NCBI GenBank assembly: GCA_965225945.1
Contig: CBDDBZ010000014.1
Coordinates: 1 to 63,896, forward strand
Origin: Alphaproteobacteria bacterium
GTDB lineage: Bacteria; Pseudomonadota; Alphaproteobacteria; GCA-2731375
Length of the DNA stretch: 63,896 nt
Direction: 5' to 3'
In this document: positions 53,190 to 63,639 of the stretch, in pieces
Layout: every line of letters begins with the position of its first letter
Position numbering within the stretch: the stretch's first letter is position 1
Position numbers and translations under genes: made by a program
Notes under the pieces: model-generated
Seen by the model: the letters and a program-made list of their open reading frames with translations, nothing else
Told to the model about the DNA's origin: nothing
The model's database searches: none

Positions 53190-54188
53190 TTAGAAGGTGT
53201 AAGCGCGGCCAACGGCCGAAGGATCGACGACCTCTTCGCCAAAGGCCTGCACAAGGGCGTTGACCGCCCGCCAACCGGTGCAGTGGCCGGGAATGATGCG
53301 GTACAGATCGAATTGCCCCAGGTCGGCGATCGTCTCGGGTATGATTTTTTCGACCGCCGCACCCGCCAGATGCAACCCGCCCATCACCGCATGCATGGGC
53401 AAGTCCGGAAAGCGGACCCGCGCTTCCGTCATGACGTTGATGACGCCGGCGTGCGAACAGGCGGAGAACACGACCAAGCCCTTGTCCTTGACGTTGACGG
53501 CGATGAAGCGTTCGTCCATGACCAAGGGATCCGGCTCCCACCTCCCTGCCTCGGTGAGGTGTACCTGATTCACCAGCCCCACCTCGTAAGCGGTGACTCG
53601 GGGGATCTCGCCGCTGAGCCAGAAGCAATCGTCCAATAGCAGGGCCGGGGCATCCGACACCACAACCTCGGCGCCTCGCTCTTCCAGTACCTCGGGGCGC
53701 GGAACATCCTTTAATGGCAAGACGAAGCCGTTGGGGAACTTCATTCCACGTCGGCGAAACATGCCAGGATGCAGATAGAGCGGCGTGCCGGCCGCGCCTT
53801 TCGCGGCGGTGATCAAGCGGAAGGCGACCTCTAGCCCAGCGCCATGGTCGAAGTGGCCGTGACTCAATATCGCGGCCTCGACCGATCCGAGGTCGAGCTG
53901 AAGCCGGGTGATGTTGCGCTCGAAGACGGCACCGTCCGGGCCAGTATCGAATAGCAGCGTCCGCGTCTGGTCGCCACTACGTGCGCTCAGAACCAGCGAG
54001 AGGCCCCAAGCGGCGCAACAGAGACATTCGCCGGCAAGCGTCGTCATGCCCCGGAGCTGCAGAAACTCCCGTTCATGCTGAACCCCTTCCTGTAGCGATG
54101 AAAGATTGTCCGTAACATTGTCGACGATCACGTTGACGGTGAGTTCATCGATAGGTTTCAACCCGAGAACGGGATCACGATCAGCCAT
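53190..54188 (-). CDS. Metallo-beta-lactamase-fold hydrolase
   Basis: LFDTG, SHGHFDH, ACSHAG, GGLHL, GHCTG. Confidence 0.88.
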   Translation of the reverse strand: MADRDPVLGLKPIDELTVNVIVDNVTDNLSSLQEGVQHEREFLQLRGMTTLAGECLCCAAWGLSLVLSARSGDQTRTLLFDTGPDGAVFERNITRLQLDLGSVEAAILSHGHFDHGAGLEVAFRLITAAKGAAGTPLYLHPGMFRRRGMKFPNGFVLPLKDVPRPEVLEERGAEVVVSDAPALLLDDCFWLSGEIPRVTAYEVGLVNQVHLTEAGRWEPDPLVMDERFIAVNVKDKGLVVFSACSHAGVINVMTEARVRFPDLPMHAVMGGLHLAGAAVEKIIPETIADLGQFDLYRIIPGHCTGWRAVNALVQAFGEEVVDPSAVGRAYTF

Positions 54189-54352
54189 TACCTGACTTCC
54201 CCAAATGACCGCAGGTTTCGAGGATCAGTGTAGCCATCCGGGCTCTCGGTGCAATATGGAGCCCGATGCGTGACGGCAGGCAGAAACCACCCTGTCGAAA
54301 GCGAGCGTGGGGTGCGAAGTGCGAGATTTGCCCTTGATCTGAACGCCGGTGC

Positions 54353-55042
54353 TCATGTTTTCCGTGACGCGCTCGGAAGCACCAAATCGGGATAACGTAA
54401 CCGATTGCGGCGGCACGCCAGGCTCAATGCCTCTTCGACGTCGAGAGCGGCGACGTCGGCTCGCCCATCCGTCGCGCGGGCAAAAGCATTACGGTCCCGA
54501 AAGAAGCTCACGCGATTGCAGAACGCGCCGCGTAGATCATCACGGCAAGCTTGTCGCTCGGGCGCCACCATCGACATGACGATGCCCGTGGGCTCGATCC
54601 GGTCCACTCGATCGATCACGATACCGACTTCGATCTCCTCGCCCGTCATCGGGCAATTCGCCGAGAGCTTCGCGGTCTCGGCGAGCACTTGAGGCAGGAA
54701 GAGCGCGTCGAAGACACACCAAACATAGAGCGCATGGCCGTCGACCTCGAAGCGGTGAGCGGTTGGTTTCTGGCTGAGACCGTTGAAGGCGATGATCGCC
54801 CCGCCGGCGTCTCGCTCGATCGTCGAGGCTGGGTGCCTCGCGAGCAGGGAGGCGACGGTGGTCACCGACAAACCCGTCCGGGCCGCCAAAGCCTGGTCTG
54901 CCACCGGCGCGCCCGCGACCAGGGCCCGGTAGGTCTCCACCGATAGCGCTTGCAGCGCCGGGGTGTTCTCCCCCATCAGGCTCGCGGTGAAAAAGTCGCC
55001 GGCGCGATCGTAAATATCCGCCGCTCGCCTGTCTTGGCTCAT
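54353..55042 (-). CDS. merB: Organomercurial lyase
   Basis: WCVFD (catalytic Cys/Asp), CPMTGEEI, FCNRVSFF; directly after merA. Confidence 0.85.
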   Translation of the reverse strand: MSQDRRAADIYDRAGDFFTASLMGENTPALQALSVETYRALVAGAPVADQALAARTGLSVTTVASLLARHPASTIERDAGGAIIAFNGLSQKPTAHRFEVDGHALYVWCVFDALFLPQVLAETAKLSANCPMTGEEIEVGIVIDRVDRIEPTGIVMSMVAPERQACRDDLRGAFCNRVSFFRDRNAFARATDGRADVAALDVEEALSLACRRNRLRYPDLVLPSASRKT

Positions 55043-57695
55043 TACCGGACGGCTAACCGGCACAGCACGAGAGCATGGCCACGTCCTTGTCGAAGCTCTG
55101 GGCGGCGAGCTTGAGGCCTTCGACGGTGGTCAGATAGGGAAAGATCATCTCGCCCAATTCGACCGTGCTCATGGCGGCCTTGATCGCCATCGCGGCGGTC
55201 TGGATGCTGTCGGCTCCTTCCGGCGCCAGGATGTGCGCGCCCAACAACCGCGCGCTCCCCGCGTCCGCCACGAGCTTGATGAGACCTCGTGTGTCGCGTG
55301 CGGCGAGGGCTCGGGGAACATATTCGAGCGGCAGGATCGAGGTGCGCACCGCGTGGCCCGATAGCTTGGCCCGGGCCTCCGTCAGGCCGACGCTCGCCAC
55401 CTGGGGATCGGTGAAGACGACGGCGGGCATGGCGAGGTTGTCGTAACGGCGGCCATCGCCGTTCAGCGCGTTCTCGGCCGCGAGCCTCGCGCCGTAGGCG
55501 GCCATGTAGACGAACTGGTCCCGACCGGTCACATCGCCCGCGGCATAGACGCCCGGCAGCGAAGTTCGCATCCGATCGTCGACCCAGATGGCGCCGTTGT
55601 CGCGGAGCGCGATCCCGGCCATTGCCAGCCCGAGCCCCTCCGTGTTGGCCACCCGGCCGGTGGCGTTCAGAACGAGCTCGGCTTCGAGGGTTCTATTCCC
55701 GGCAGCGCCATAAACGGTCAAGCTCGCGCCGGCATCGCTGCGCTCGATGGCTCGATAGGTGAGGTGGTCCAAAACGGCGATGCCTTCGTCGGAAAAGAAG
55801 CCGGCGAGCGCTTCGCTGATCTCGGGCTCTGCTTCCGGGAGCAAGCGGCTACGACAGACGAGTGTCACCGCGACCCCGGCGCGGGCGAACAATTGGGCCA
55901 GCTCGCAGCCGATATAGCCGCCGCCGATGACCAGCAGCGAGCGCGGTAGCTCCTCGAGCTCGAGCGCCGTCGTGCTGGTGAGATAGGCGACGTCCTCGAT
56001 GCCCGGTATGCTCGGCGCGCTTGCTCGCGATCCCGTAACAATGATGATCTTGCCCGCCTCGAGGCTGCTCCCGTTGACGGCAAGGCCCCCCGAGGTGAAC
56101 CGGGCGGGGCCGTCGAGATAGGCCACGGTGTCGTATTCCGCCAAGAGATCGAGGTACTTGGCCTGGCGCAGCTCGCTCACCAGTTCGTCCTTTTGCGCGA
56201 TCACGGCGCGCCAGTCGTCGATCCTCGCCGTCGTCGAGATCCCGGAGAAGCGGCTCGCCGCCCTCGATTGATGCAAGCTCTCGGCGGCCCGGATCAAGGT
56301 CTTGGACGGCACGCAGCCGACGTTGACGCAGGTCCCGCCGATCGTGCCATGGCCGATCAAGGCGACGTGGGCTCCCTGCTCCGCCGCCGTGATCGCTTGT
56401 GTAGCGTGAGGTCTGGAAATTTGGCTTCGCCCCGCGCCGGGGTATACCCCGGCGCGGGGCGATCCGTCATTTTGGTTATCCATGAAAGCGTCCAAACAAA
56501 CATGGAGAACCAGTATGCGGAAAGACCAGGATAGCGCTGTCGAGGCTTTGGTGGAACAATTGATCGAAGGCGGTAGCGAGAACATGGCGACGGTCTTCGC
56601 CGGCCTTTTCAATCTCGCCATGCGGATCGAGCGGGAGAGGTTCTTGGGCGCCGGCCACTATGAGCGCACGCCCGAGCGGCGGGGATACGCCAACGGCACC
56701 AGACCCAAGAAGATCGACACCCCGGCCGGTACGGTGAGGCTCGAGGTTCCCAAGACCGCCGGTCATGAGGCGCCTTTTTACCCCCAAGCCCTGGAGCGCG
56801 GACGGCGCTCCTGCCGCGCTGTCATGCTGGCCGTGGCGGAGATGTATATCAAAGGCGTCTCCACCCGTGACGCCGAGGCGGTGATGCGCGAGTTCGGCCT
56901 GGAGAGCCTGTCGTCGAGCCAGGTCAGCCGCGCCGCCAAGCTCTTGGATGGGGAGCTGGATGCCTGGCGCAACCGGCCGCTGGGCGAGATCCGCTACCTG
57001 CTCCTCGACGCGCGCTATGAGAAAGTCCGAGAGGGTGGCGTGGTGCGCGACGCCGCCGTGCTCTCGGTGATCGGCATCGGCCCCGACCAGCGCCGCCGGG
57101 TGCTCGGTGTTTCCTGTGCGCTCTCCGAGGCCGAAGTGCACTGGCGCGCCTTCCTGGAGACCCTGGTTGCCCGTGGCATGCGCGGTGTCGCCTATATCGT
57201 TTCCGATGATCATCCAGGCCTCGGCGCCGCGCGCAAGGCCGTCCTCGGCGGCGCCGTCTGGCAGCGCTGTCAGTACCATCTGGCTCAAAACGCCATCCAT
57301 CACGCCCCCAACCTCGCCATCCGAAAGGCCATCGGCAAGGAGCTGCGCCGGGTCTGGAATGCCGCCGACGGCAAGGCCGCCGAGGCCGAGCTGGGCCACC
57401 TGGTGGCGGCCTACCGCGATAGCGCCCCCAAGCTCGCCGATTGGCTGGAGGCGGCGATCCCCGAGGGCCTCGCCGTCTTCGCCCTGCCCGAGCGCCACCA
57501 AAAGCGCATGCGAACCTCGAACCCCATGGAGCGATCCATCCAGCAGGAGATCAAGCGCCGCACCGTAAAGGTCAGGGTCTTTCCCAACGAGGCCTCGCTC
57601 GAACGCCTGGTCACCGCCATCCTCGTCGAAATCGACGAGAAATGGGAAACCACCGAAAAACCCTACATCACTTGGAAAGCAGAGGATGACTGATC

Positions 57696-59326
57696 CTTGC
57701 CTATCCGGTTAACGCCCATGACCGCTACATGTAGGGTGCCGCCACTCTCCCGAGTAAAGCTCGGCATAGGTTGGAGCAGAGGTGTCGCCCGCGATGCCGA
57801 GCAATGAGCGGAAGGCGTTGAACGGGTAGAACCGCCTGTTGAAGCGGAAGGTGAACTCGTTGAGGTAGGCTTGTAGGTGCTGGTGGCTAACGCCGTGGTG
57901 GATACCGATCAGCCACGTCTTCAGGTTGGCGAAAACCAGATGGATGATCGGCAGGTATTGCTCGGCAACCTCTGGATCACCACACTCGGCAACAGCGAAG
58001 TGCTCATAGCCGCGCTTACCGAGGCCAGCATAGCCGCTCCAATCGTCAGTAACGATCAGCGATCCCGGCGCGACGGTGCTCTCGACGAACCCACAGAGCG
58101 ACTCGGCGCTACGGTCGAGCACGACGGCGAGCCGAACGCGTCCGGCATAGCGTCCGTCTTTCCGGTTGTCGAGCTTGGTGCCCGGCTTTCGATGACGCAC
58201 TGCGGTGGTCCTGGTTCGTTGCTTGCCTATCCGGTTTACACCCACACCCACTAGGGCTAGAATGGGCGCAAACCGGATATAGGGGAGCGCGCCATGGATG
58301 TTCTCGACCGCGCCGATCTCCCATTCCCGCATTCGCTACCCGAGTTCCAGCGACTTTTCCCCGATGATGCGGCCTGCGCCGCCTACCTGGAGAAAGCCCG
58401 CTGGGGAGACGGCTTTGCCTGCCCGCACTGCGGCACGGCGGGAGAGCCGTTCCACTTTGAAAACCGCCCTAGCGTCCTGCGCTGCCGCAAGTGCCGCCAG
58501 AACACCGGGCTGACGGTGGGAACAGTGATGGAGCGTAGCCACACTCCGCTGAACGTCTGGTTCTGGGCCGCTTATCTGGTCGCCAGTCAGACGCCCGGCA
58601 TGTCCGCCGTGCAGTTTCAGCGGCAACTTGGTCTTTCGCGCTACGAGACGGCCTTTCAAATTCTCCACAAGCTCCGCTCGGGCATGGTGCGGCCCAACCA
58701 AGACAGGATCGGTGGACAGCCCAAGAACCATGTTGAGGTGGACGAAACCTGGGTTGGCGGGCGAACGCGTGGGGAAGGCCGTGGTGTTCACCACAAGGTT
58801 CTCGTCTCCTGTGCCATCGAGGTGCGTCATCGAAAGCCGGGCACCAAGCTCGACAACCGGAAAGACGGACGCTATGCCGGACGCGTTCGGCTCGCCGTCG
58901 TGCTCGACCGTAGCGCCGAGTCGCTCTGTGGGTTCGTCGAGAGCACCGTCGCGCCGGGATCGCTGATCGTTACTGACGATTGGAGCGGCTATGCTGGCCT
59001 CGGTAAGCGCGGCTATGAGCACTTCGCTGTTGCCGAGTGTGGTGATCCAGAGGTTGCCGAGCAATACCTGCCGATCATCCATCTGGTTTTCGCCAACCTG
59101 AAGACGTGGCTGATCGGTATCCACCACGGCGTTAGCCACCAGCACCTACAAGCCTACCTCAACGAGTTCACCTTCCGCTTCAACAGGCGGTTCTACCCGT
59201 TCAACGCCTTCCGCTCATTGCTCGGCATCGCGGGCGACACCTCTGCTCCAACCTATGCCGAGCTTTACTCGGGAGAGTGGCGGCACCCTACATGTAGCGG
59301 TCATGGGCGTTAACCGGATAGGCAAG
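57696..59326. mobile_element. Composite IS1595 unit: inverted 505-bp right half, 21-bp spacer, full IS (58222-59326)
   Basis: 8-bp TSD GACTGATC (57688-57695, 59327-59334); 57696-58200 is the reverse complement of 58822-59326. Confidence 0.88.
58294..59313 (+). CDS. IS1595-family transposase
   Basis: CPHCG...CRKC, EVDETWVGG, TDDWSGY, YLNEFTFRFNRR. Confidence 0.93.
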   Translation: MDVLDRADLPFPHSLPEFQRLFPDDAACAAYLEKARWGDGFACPHCGTAGEPFHFENRPSVLRCRKCRQNTGLTVGTVMERSHTPLNVWFWAAYLVASQTPGMSAVQFQRQLGLSRYETAFQILHKLRSGMVRPNQDRIGGQPKNHVEVDETWVGGRTRGEGRGVHHKVLVSCAIEVRHRKPGTKLDNRKDGRYAGRVRLAVVLDRSAESLCGFVESTVAPGSLIVTDDWSGYAGLGKRGYEHFAVAECGDPEVAEQYLPIIHLVFANLKTWLIGIHHGVSHQHLQAYLNEFTFRFNRRFYPFNAFRSLLGIAGDTSAPTYAELYSGEWRHPTCSGHGR

Positions 59327-59467
59327 GACTGATCAACGGCGTTCCGAATTTCCACACATCAGGTTGCTCAATTGCCGTGATCGCCGCCGAGAAGCCCGCC
59401 GAACCCGCGCCGATGACGGCGAGGTCATAGTGCCCGTTTGGTTTGTCCGCCACGCGGCGAAGTTGGC

Positions 59468-59698
59468 TCATGAGCCTTGCTCCGATGCCCGCCCCGTTGC
59501 CCGCCATCGTCGATAGACGGCGTAGACGGTCAGCCCGATGAAGAACGCGAGGGAGGGGAGCAGGACGTAGTCCAACCACCCAAGCGCGGCCGAGAGGCCG
59601 ACGGCAGCGAGCAACACGACCAGGAGCGGGGTGAAGCAGCAGAGCGCGGCGACGACCGTCCCGACGATGCCGACGCCGAGCAGCTTGCGGTTATTCAT
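59468..59698 (-). CDS. merF: Mercury transporter MerF
   Basis: GTVVAALCCFTPLLVVLL...WLDYVLLP. Confidence 0.88.
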   Translation of the reverse strand: MNNRKLLGVGIVGTVVAALCCFTPLLVVLLAAVGLSAALGWLDYVLLPSLAFFIGLTVYAVYRRWRATGRASEQGS

Positions 59699-59975
59699 GA
59701 CTGGGACCTCCGGTTGCTTCGAGGTCGCGACGCGCCGCTTGCTCTGCCGCGCCAGCCGAGGCGGCTCGTCCACGGTTCCCTCGACGCTTCAATGCGTAGG
59801 CGAGGACGGCGGCCAAGATGGCGACCGAGGCCCCAACAAGGACTCCGCTGCCCGAGAGCCAGCCCCAGAACCCAGCTATCATCGAGCCGAGAACCACGGG
59901 GCCGAGGATGCACGCCGCACAGAGGGGAGCGACGACGAGAGCGGTGATCACCGCGGCCATGGGCTTGTCGCTCAT
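59691..59975 (-). CDS. Small membrane protein with CxxC inside the mer operon
   Basis: 94 aa, APLCAACILGP in a hydrophobic segment; overlaps the merF start. Confidence 0.6.
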   Translation of the reverse strand: MSDKPMAAVITALVVAPLCAACILGPVVLGSMIAGFWGWLSGSGVLVGASVAILAAVLAYALKRRGNRGRAASAGAAEQAARRDLEATGGPSHE

Positions 59976-59981
59976 GGTCGG

Positions 59982-60282
59982 CTACTCGATGACCGTCGAG
60001 GGAAAGCCGGCGCCGGACGTTGCCGCCAGCAACGTCGCGACATCCGTCTCGGTGTCCTCGAAGGTCACGATCGCATCCTTCCGACGGGCCGAAACCTCGA
60101 TGCCACGAACGCCCTCGACGTCGGAAGCCCTCGACGTCGGAAAGTGTCTCCTTGACCATGTAGGCGCACCCGGCGCACCACATACCGCTGATGCTCAACG
60201 TCACGGTTTGCTCGGCGGCGAAAGCAGGCGAGGCACCGAGAAGTGCCAGGCCCATGGTGGTGGCAGCGAGGAATGTTCTCAT
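59982..60282 (-). pseudogene. merP: Periplasmic Hg-binding protein, frameshifted by a 16-bp duplication
   Basis: Signal peptide, GMWCAGC; GCCCTCGACGTCGGAA x2 (60111-60142); removing one copy restores ...AGFPSTVIE*. Confidence 0.85.
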
Positions 60283-60300
60283 GTCTTCATCCTTCTTCCC

Positions 60301-60693
60301 TCAAACGCCAAGCAACCCGGGGCCGATATAGGGAAACGCCGCCGCGGCGATCACCAGCCCGGTCGCGGACCAGAGCGCGACCAAGACCCATCGGCGAGAA
60401 CCAGGCTGGCCGCAGGATGGGTCATCGTCGCACGCCACATAGGGCTTCCGGTACACCATCCAGTAGCCCGTGGCGAGACAGGCGACGGTCGCCCAGATGA
60501 AGATCGGTTGATAGGGCGACAGTGCCGCGAGATTGCCCATCCATGCCCCGCCGAGGCCGAGTCCGAACAGGGCCAACGGAACCAGGCAGCACGAGGAGGC
60601 CGCGATCGCGCCGAACACGCCGCCGAGCGCAACGAGCCCGACGGTCACGCGGGACCGATCGAGGGGTGATAACGCTTCTTGGCGTTCCGACAT
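60301..60693 (-). CDS. merT: Mercury transporter MerT
   Basis: ASSCCLVPL...GAWMGNL..L.PYQPIF; cytoplasmic Cys pair ACDDDPSC. Confidence 0.9.
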   Translation of the reverse strand: MSERQEALSPLDRSRVTVGLVALGGVFGAIAASSCCLVPLALFGLGLGGAWMGNLAALSPYQPIFIWATVACLATGYWMVYRKPYVACDDDPSCGQPGSRRWVLVALWSATGLVIAAAAFPYIGPGLLGV

Positions 60694-60727
60694 CGAGTTT
60701 GCTCCCCATACCTCGAGCTTCCGTGCT

Positions 60728-60758
60728 AATATCCACCCCGTAGCACCTACAGCGTCAA
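60728..60758 (-). promoter_or_regulatory. mer operator/promoter
   Basis: TTGACG, 19-bp spacer containing dyad CTGTAG-GTG-CTACGG, then GATATT. Confidence 0.78.
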
Positions 60759-60773
60759 GTTCAAGAAATCGTG

Positions 60774-61178
60774 ATGATGTTTCGCATCGGCGAGCTATCG
60801 AAGCTGACGGGCGTGCACATCGAGACCATCCGGTATTATGAACGGATCGGTCTCGCCCCCGAGCCGTCACGGAGTGCGAACGGCTATCGCCGCTACGGTG
60901 ACGATTCCGTGAAGCGGCTGGATTTCGTCCGCCGCGGTCGCGAGTTGGGCTTCACCTTGGCGGATATCCGGGGATTGCTGCGCCTCGTCGACGGTGGCGA
61001 TGCGACTTGTGACCAAGTGAGAACGATCACGCTGCAACACGTGGAAGACATCGCCGGCAAGCTCGCCGACCTCGGGCGCATGCGGGCGGTGTTGTTGGCC
61101 ATGGCCGAGGAATGCGAAGGCGGCGACATCCCCGAGTGCCCGATTCTGGAGACGCTTTTCGAAGGCGGAAATCACTAG
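60774..61178 (+). CDS. merR: Hg(II)-responsive regulator
   Basis: IGELSKLTGVHIETIRYYERIGL; three Cys (TCDQV, ECEGG, ECPIL); divergent from merT. Confidence 0.9.
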   Translation: MMFRIGELSKLTGVHIETIRYYERIGLAPEPSRSANGYRRYGDDSVKRLDFVRRGRELGFTLADIRGLLRLVDGGDATCDQVRTITLQHVEDIAGKLADLGRMRAVLLAMAEECEGGDIPECPILETLFEGGNH

Positions 61179-61393
61179 GCGCGAGTTCGTCGGACGGGTC
61201 ATACCAACCGCCATCAAACGTTCCCATATGGTCGGATCATGCTCTAAGGCCGGATTGCGCTTGATCCGAACCCGGGTGTTCATGTTTTCTCTGATGCCGA
61301 TTGAACCGTACCGCCCGCCGGGGTGGTTGGTGTCATCGCCGGTGATGGCTTCGTGTCGAGTTTCGAGCGAAGCCGAGGAAGGGAACGGCTCGA

Positions 61394-62612
61394 ATGCGGG
61401 TGCTCTTCGCCCATTCCAACTTCCCGGCGCAGTACCGCCACGTGGCGACGGCGCTGGCCGCCGCCGGCCATCAGGTGGTGTTCGCGACGACCAACCCGAG
61501 GGGCGAGTTGAAGGGTGTCGCCAAGCGGCTGTTCAAGGCGCATCGGGAGGTGAGGAAGGAGACCCATTCCTACGTCCGGCCGCTGGAATTCGCGGTGTTG
61601 AACGGCCAGGCGACCTACCGTCTGGCCAAAACGCTCCGGGCCGACGGGTTTCGTGCCGGACGTGGTCTGCGCCCATTCGGGCTGGGGCGCGGGGCAATTC
61701 TTCAAGGACGCCTTTCCCGAGGCGCGGCTGATCGGTCTCTTCGAGTGATACTATCACGCCTGGGGCTCGGACGCCTCGTTCTTGAAGGACTCAGGCCAAA
61801 GCGAGGACGACGTCCTGCGCATCCGGGCCAAGAACGCGCCGATTTTGCTCGATCTCGTCGCCGCCGACCTCCGCCTCTCGCCGACCGAATGGCAGCGCGC
61901 GCAGTTCCCGATTCTGGAGAGCTTCCGCGAGTCGATCCGGGTCCAGCACGAGGGGATCGACACCGCGTATTTCAGCCCCCTCGAGGGCGCGCGGCTAAAA
62001 CTGCCCAATCTCGATCTCTCCGGCGCCGAGGAGATCATGACCTTCGTCTCCCGAGGGATGGAGCCGTACCGGGGCTTTCCCGAGATGATTCGCGCCACCG
62101 CGTTGCTGCAACGCCGGCGGCCCGGGCTCCACGTCGTCGTCGTCGGCGCCGACCGCGTCGCCTATGGCCGCCGCCTCGAGGACGGCCGGACCTACAAACA
62201 GAAGATGCTGGAGGAGACGCCGGAACTCGATCTCGACCGGCTACACTTCACTGGCCTGCTGCCCTACGGCCAGTACCGGGAGGTCATCCGGGCATCCTCG
62301 CTGCATCTCTACCTGACGGTGCCCTTCGTGCTCTCCTGGTCGATGCTGGAATGCATGGCGACCGGCTGCCTGGTGCTGGGCTCCGACACCGAACCGGTGC
62401 GCGAGGTGATTGAGGATGGCGTCAACGGCCTGCTGGTCGATTTCCACGACGTCGAGGCGATCGCCGAAGCCGCGGACGCGGCGTTGTAGGCGCCGGAGGC
62501 TTGGACCGCGCTTCGCGCCCGTGCCCGCGAAACCATCGTCGAGCGCTACGACCTCGCCCGCCTGTTGCCGCGTCAGCTCGCCTTGATCGAGGCGGCCGCC
62601 AGCGGCCCGTAA
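61394..62612 (+). pseudogene. GT4-family glycosyltransferase with a frameshift and two internal stops
   Basis: HSNFPAQY, (D)VVCAHSGWG, RGMEPYRGF, LSWSMLECMATG; frameshift near 61650, TGA 61746, TAG 62487. Confidence 0.8.
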
Positions 62613-63615
62613 GCGCGGGCTCAGTCGCGAGTTTCGCCGCGCCAGACCAGCCAGGCCAGGATGGCGAGCATTATCGCCATGGCGACCGGGATGGCGGTCG
62701 CGCCGTAAGGGTTCCAATAAGGCAGGGTGCCCATCGCACCCGTCCACATGCTCCAGATACCCGTGAAAATTCCAGTAGATACAGTCATCTTCACCACCTC
62801 GGAATAAGGTTCGTCTCGACCGGCTCGAATGCCCGTACGGCGTGGGCCGGCGGTTCCGGTGGGCGCGTCGGCGCCCCGGTGGCGGTTACGGCCTCGAGGT
62901 TCAGGCCGGACCTACAAACAGAAGATGCTGGAGGAGACGCCGGAACTCGATCTCGACCGGCTACACTTCACTGGCCTGCTGCCCTACGGCCAGTACCGGG
63001 AGGTCATCCGGGCATCCTCGCTGCATCTCTACCTGACGGTGCCCTTCGTGCTCTCCTGGTCGATGCTGGAATGCATGGCGACCGGAACTGCCTGGTGCTG
63101 GGCTCCGACACCGAACCGGTGCGCGAGGTGATTGAGGATGGCGTCAACGGCCTGCTGGTCGATTTCCACGACGTCGAGGCGATCGCCGAAGCCGCGGACG
63201 CGGCGTTGTCGGCGCCGGAGGCTTGGACCGCGCTTCGCGCCCGTGCCCGCGAAACCTATCGTCGAGCGCTACGACCTCGCCCGCCTGTTGCCGCGTCAGC
63301 TCGCCTTGATCGAGGCGGCCGCCAGCGGCCCGTAAGCGCGGGCTCAGTCGCGAGTTTCGCCGCGCCAGACCAGCCAGGCCAGGATGGCGAGCATTATCGC
63401 CATGGCGACCGGGATGGCGGTCGCGCCGTAAGGGTTCCAATAAGGCAGGGTGCCCATCGCACCCGTCCACATGCTCCAGATACCCGCGAAAATTCCAGTA
63501 GATACAGTCATCTTCACCACCTCGGAATAAGGTTCGTCTCGACCGGCTCGATATGCCCGTACGGCGTGGGCCGGCGGTTCCGGTGGGCGCGTCGGCGCCC
63601 CGGTGGCGGTTACGG
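62184..63615 (+). repeat. Tandem duplication, ~720-bp period
   Basis: 62184-62891 recurs at 62904-63615 with a few SNPs and indels. Confidence 0.9.
62621..62788 (-). CDS. 55-aa membrane peptide (second copy at about 63344-63511)
   Basis: MTVSTGIFTGIWSMWTGAMGTLPYWNPYGATAIPVAMAIMLAILAWLVWRGETRD; GAGGTGG SD upstream. Confidence 0.5.
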   Translation of the reverse strand: MTVSTGIFTGIWSMWTGAMGTLPYWNPYGATAIPVAMAIMLAILAWLVWRGETRD

Positions 63616-63639
63616 ATTGAGGTTCAGACCAGAGGTCAT
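63610..63639 (-). other. 9-codon ORF (MTSGLNLNP) directly after the riboswitch
   Basis: Strong SD AAAGGAG, 6 nt before ATG. Confidence 0.4.

Larger units (their letters stand above)
56395..59373 (+). mobile_element. IS256-family element, copy 2 (transposase 56515-57693) carrying a nested insertion
   Basis: Near-identical to 11745-13084; 9-bp TSD GCCGTGATC (56386-56394, 59374-59382); palindrome at 56427-56462. Confidence 0.93.
55053..59471 (-). pseudogene. merA: Mercuric reductase (no NmerA domain) interrupted by nested ISs
   Basis: 59471-59374 plus 56385-55053 join in frame (476 aa): GAGSAGFSAAIT|AAEQ, GGTCVNVGCVPSK, C-terminal SCCAG. Confidence 0.93.

Noticed and set aside
57709-58332. 207-aa ORF as a separate transposase gene
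   Set aside because: Chimeric reading of the inverted half copy; lacks the Zn ribbon and the first catalytic motif
61205-61250. GGATCATGCTCTA motif as a mer transposon end
   Set aside because: No partner repeat or TSD found on the other side of the mer operon; at most half of an alphaproteobacterial palindromic repeat
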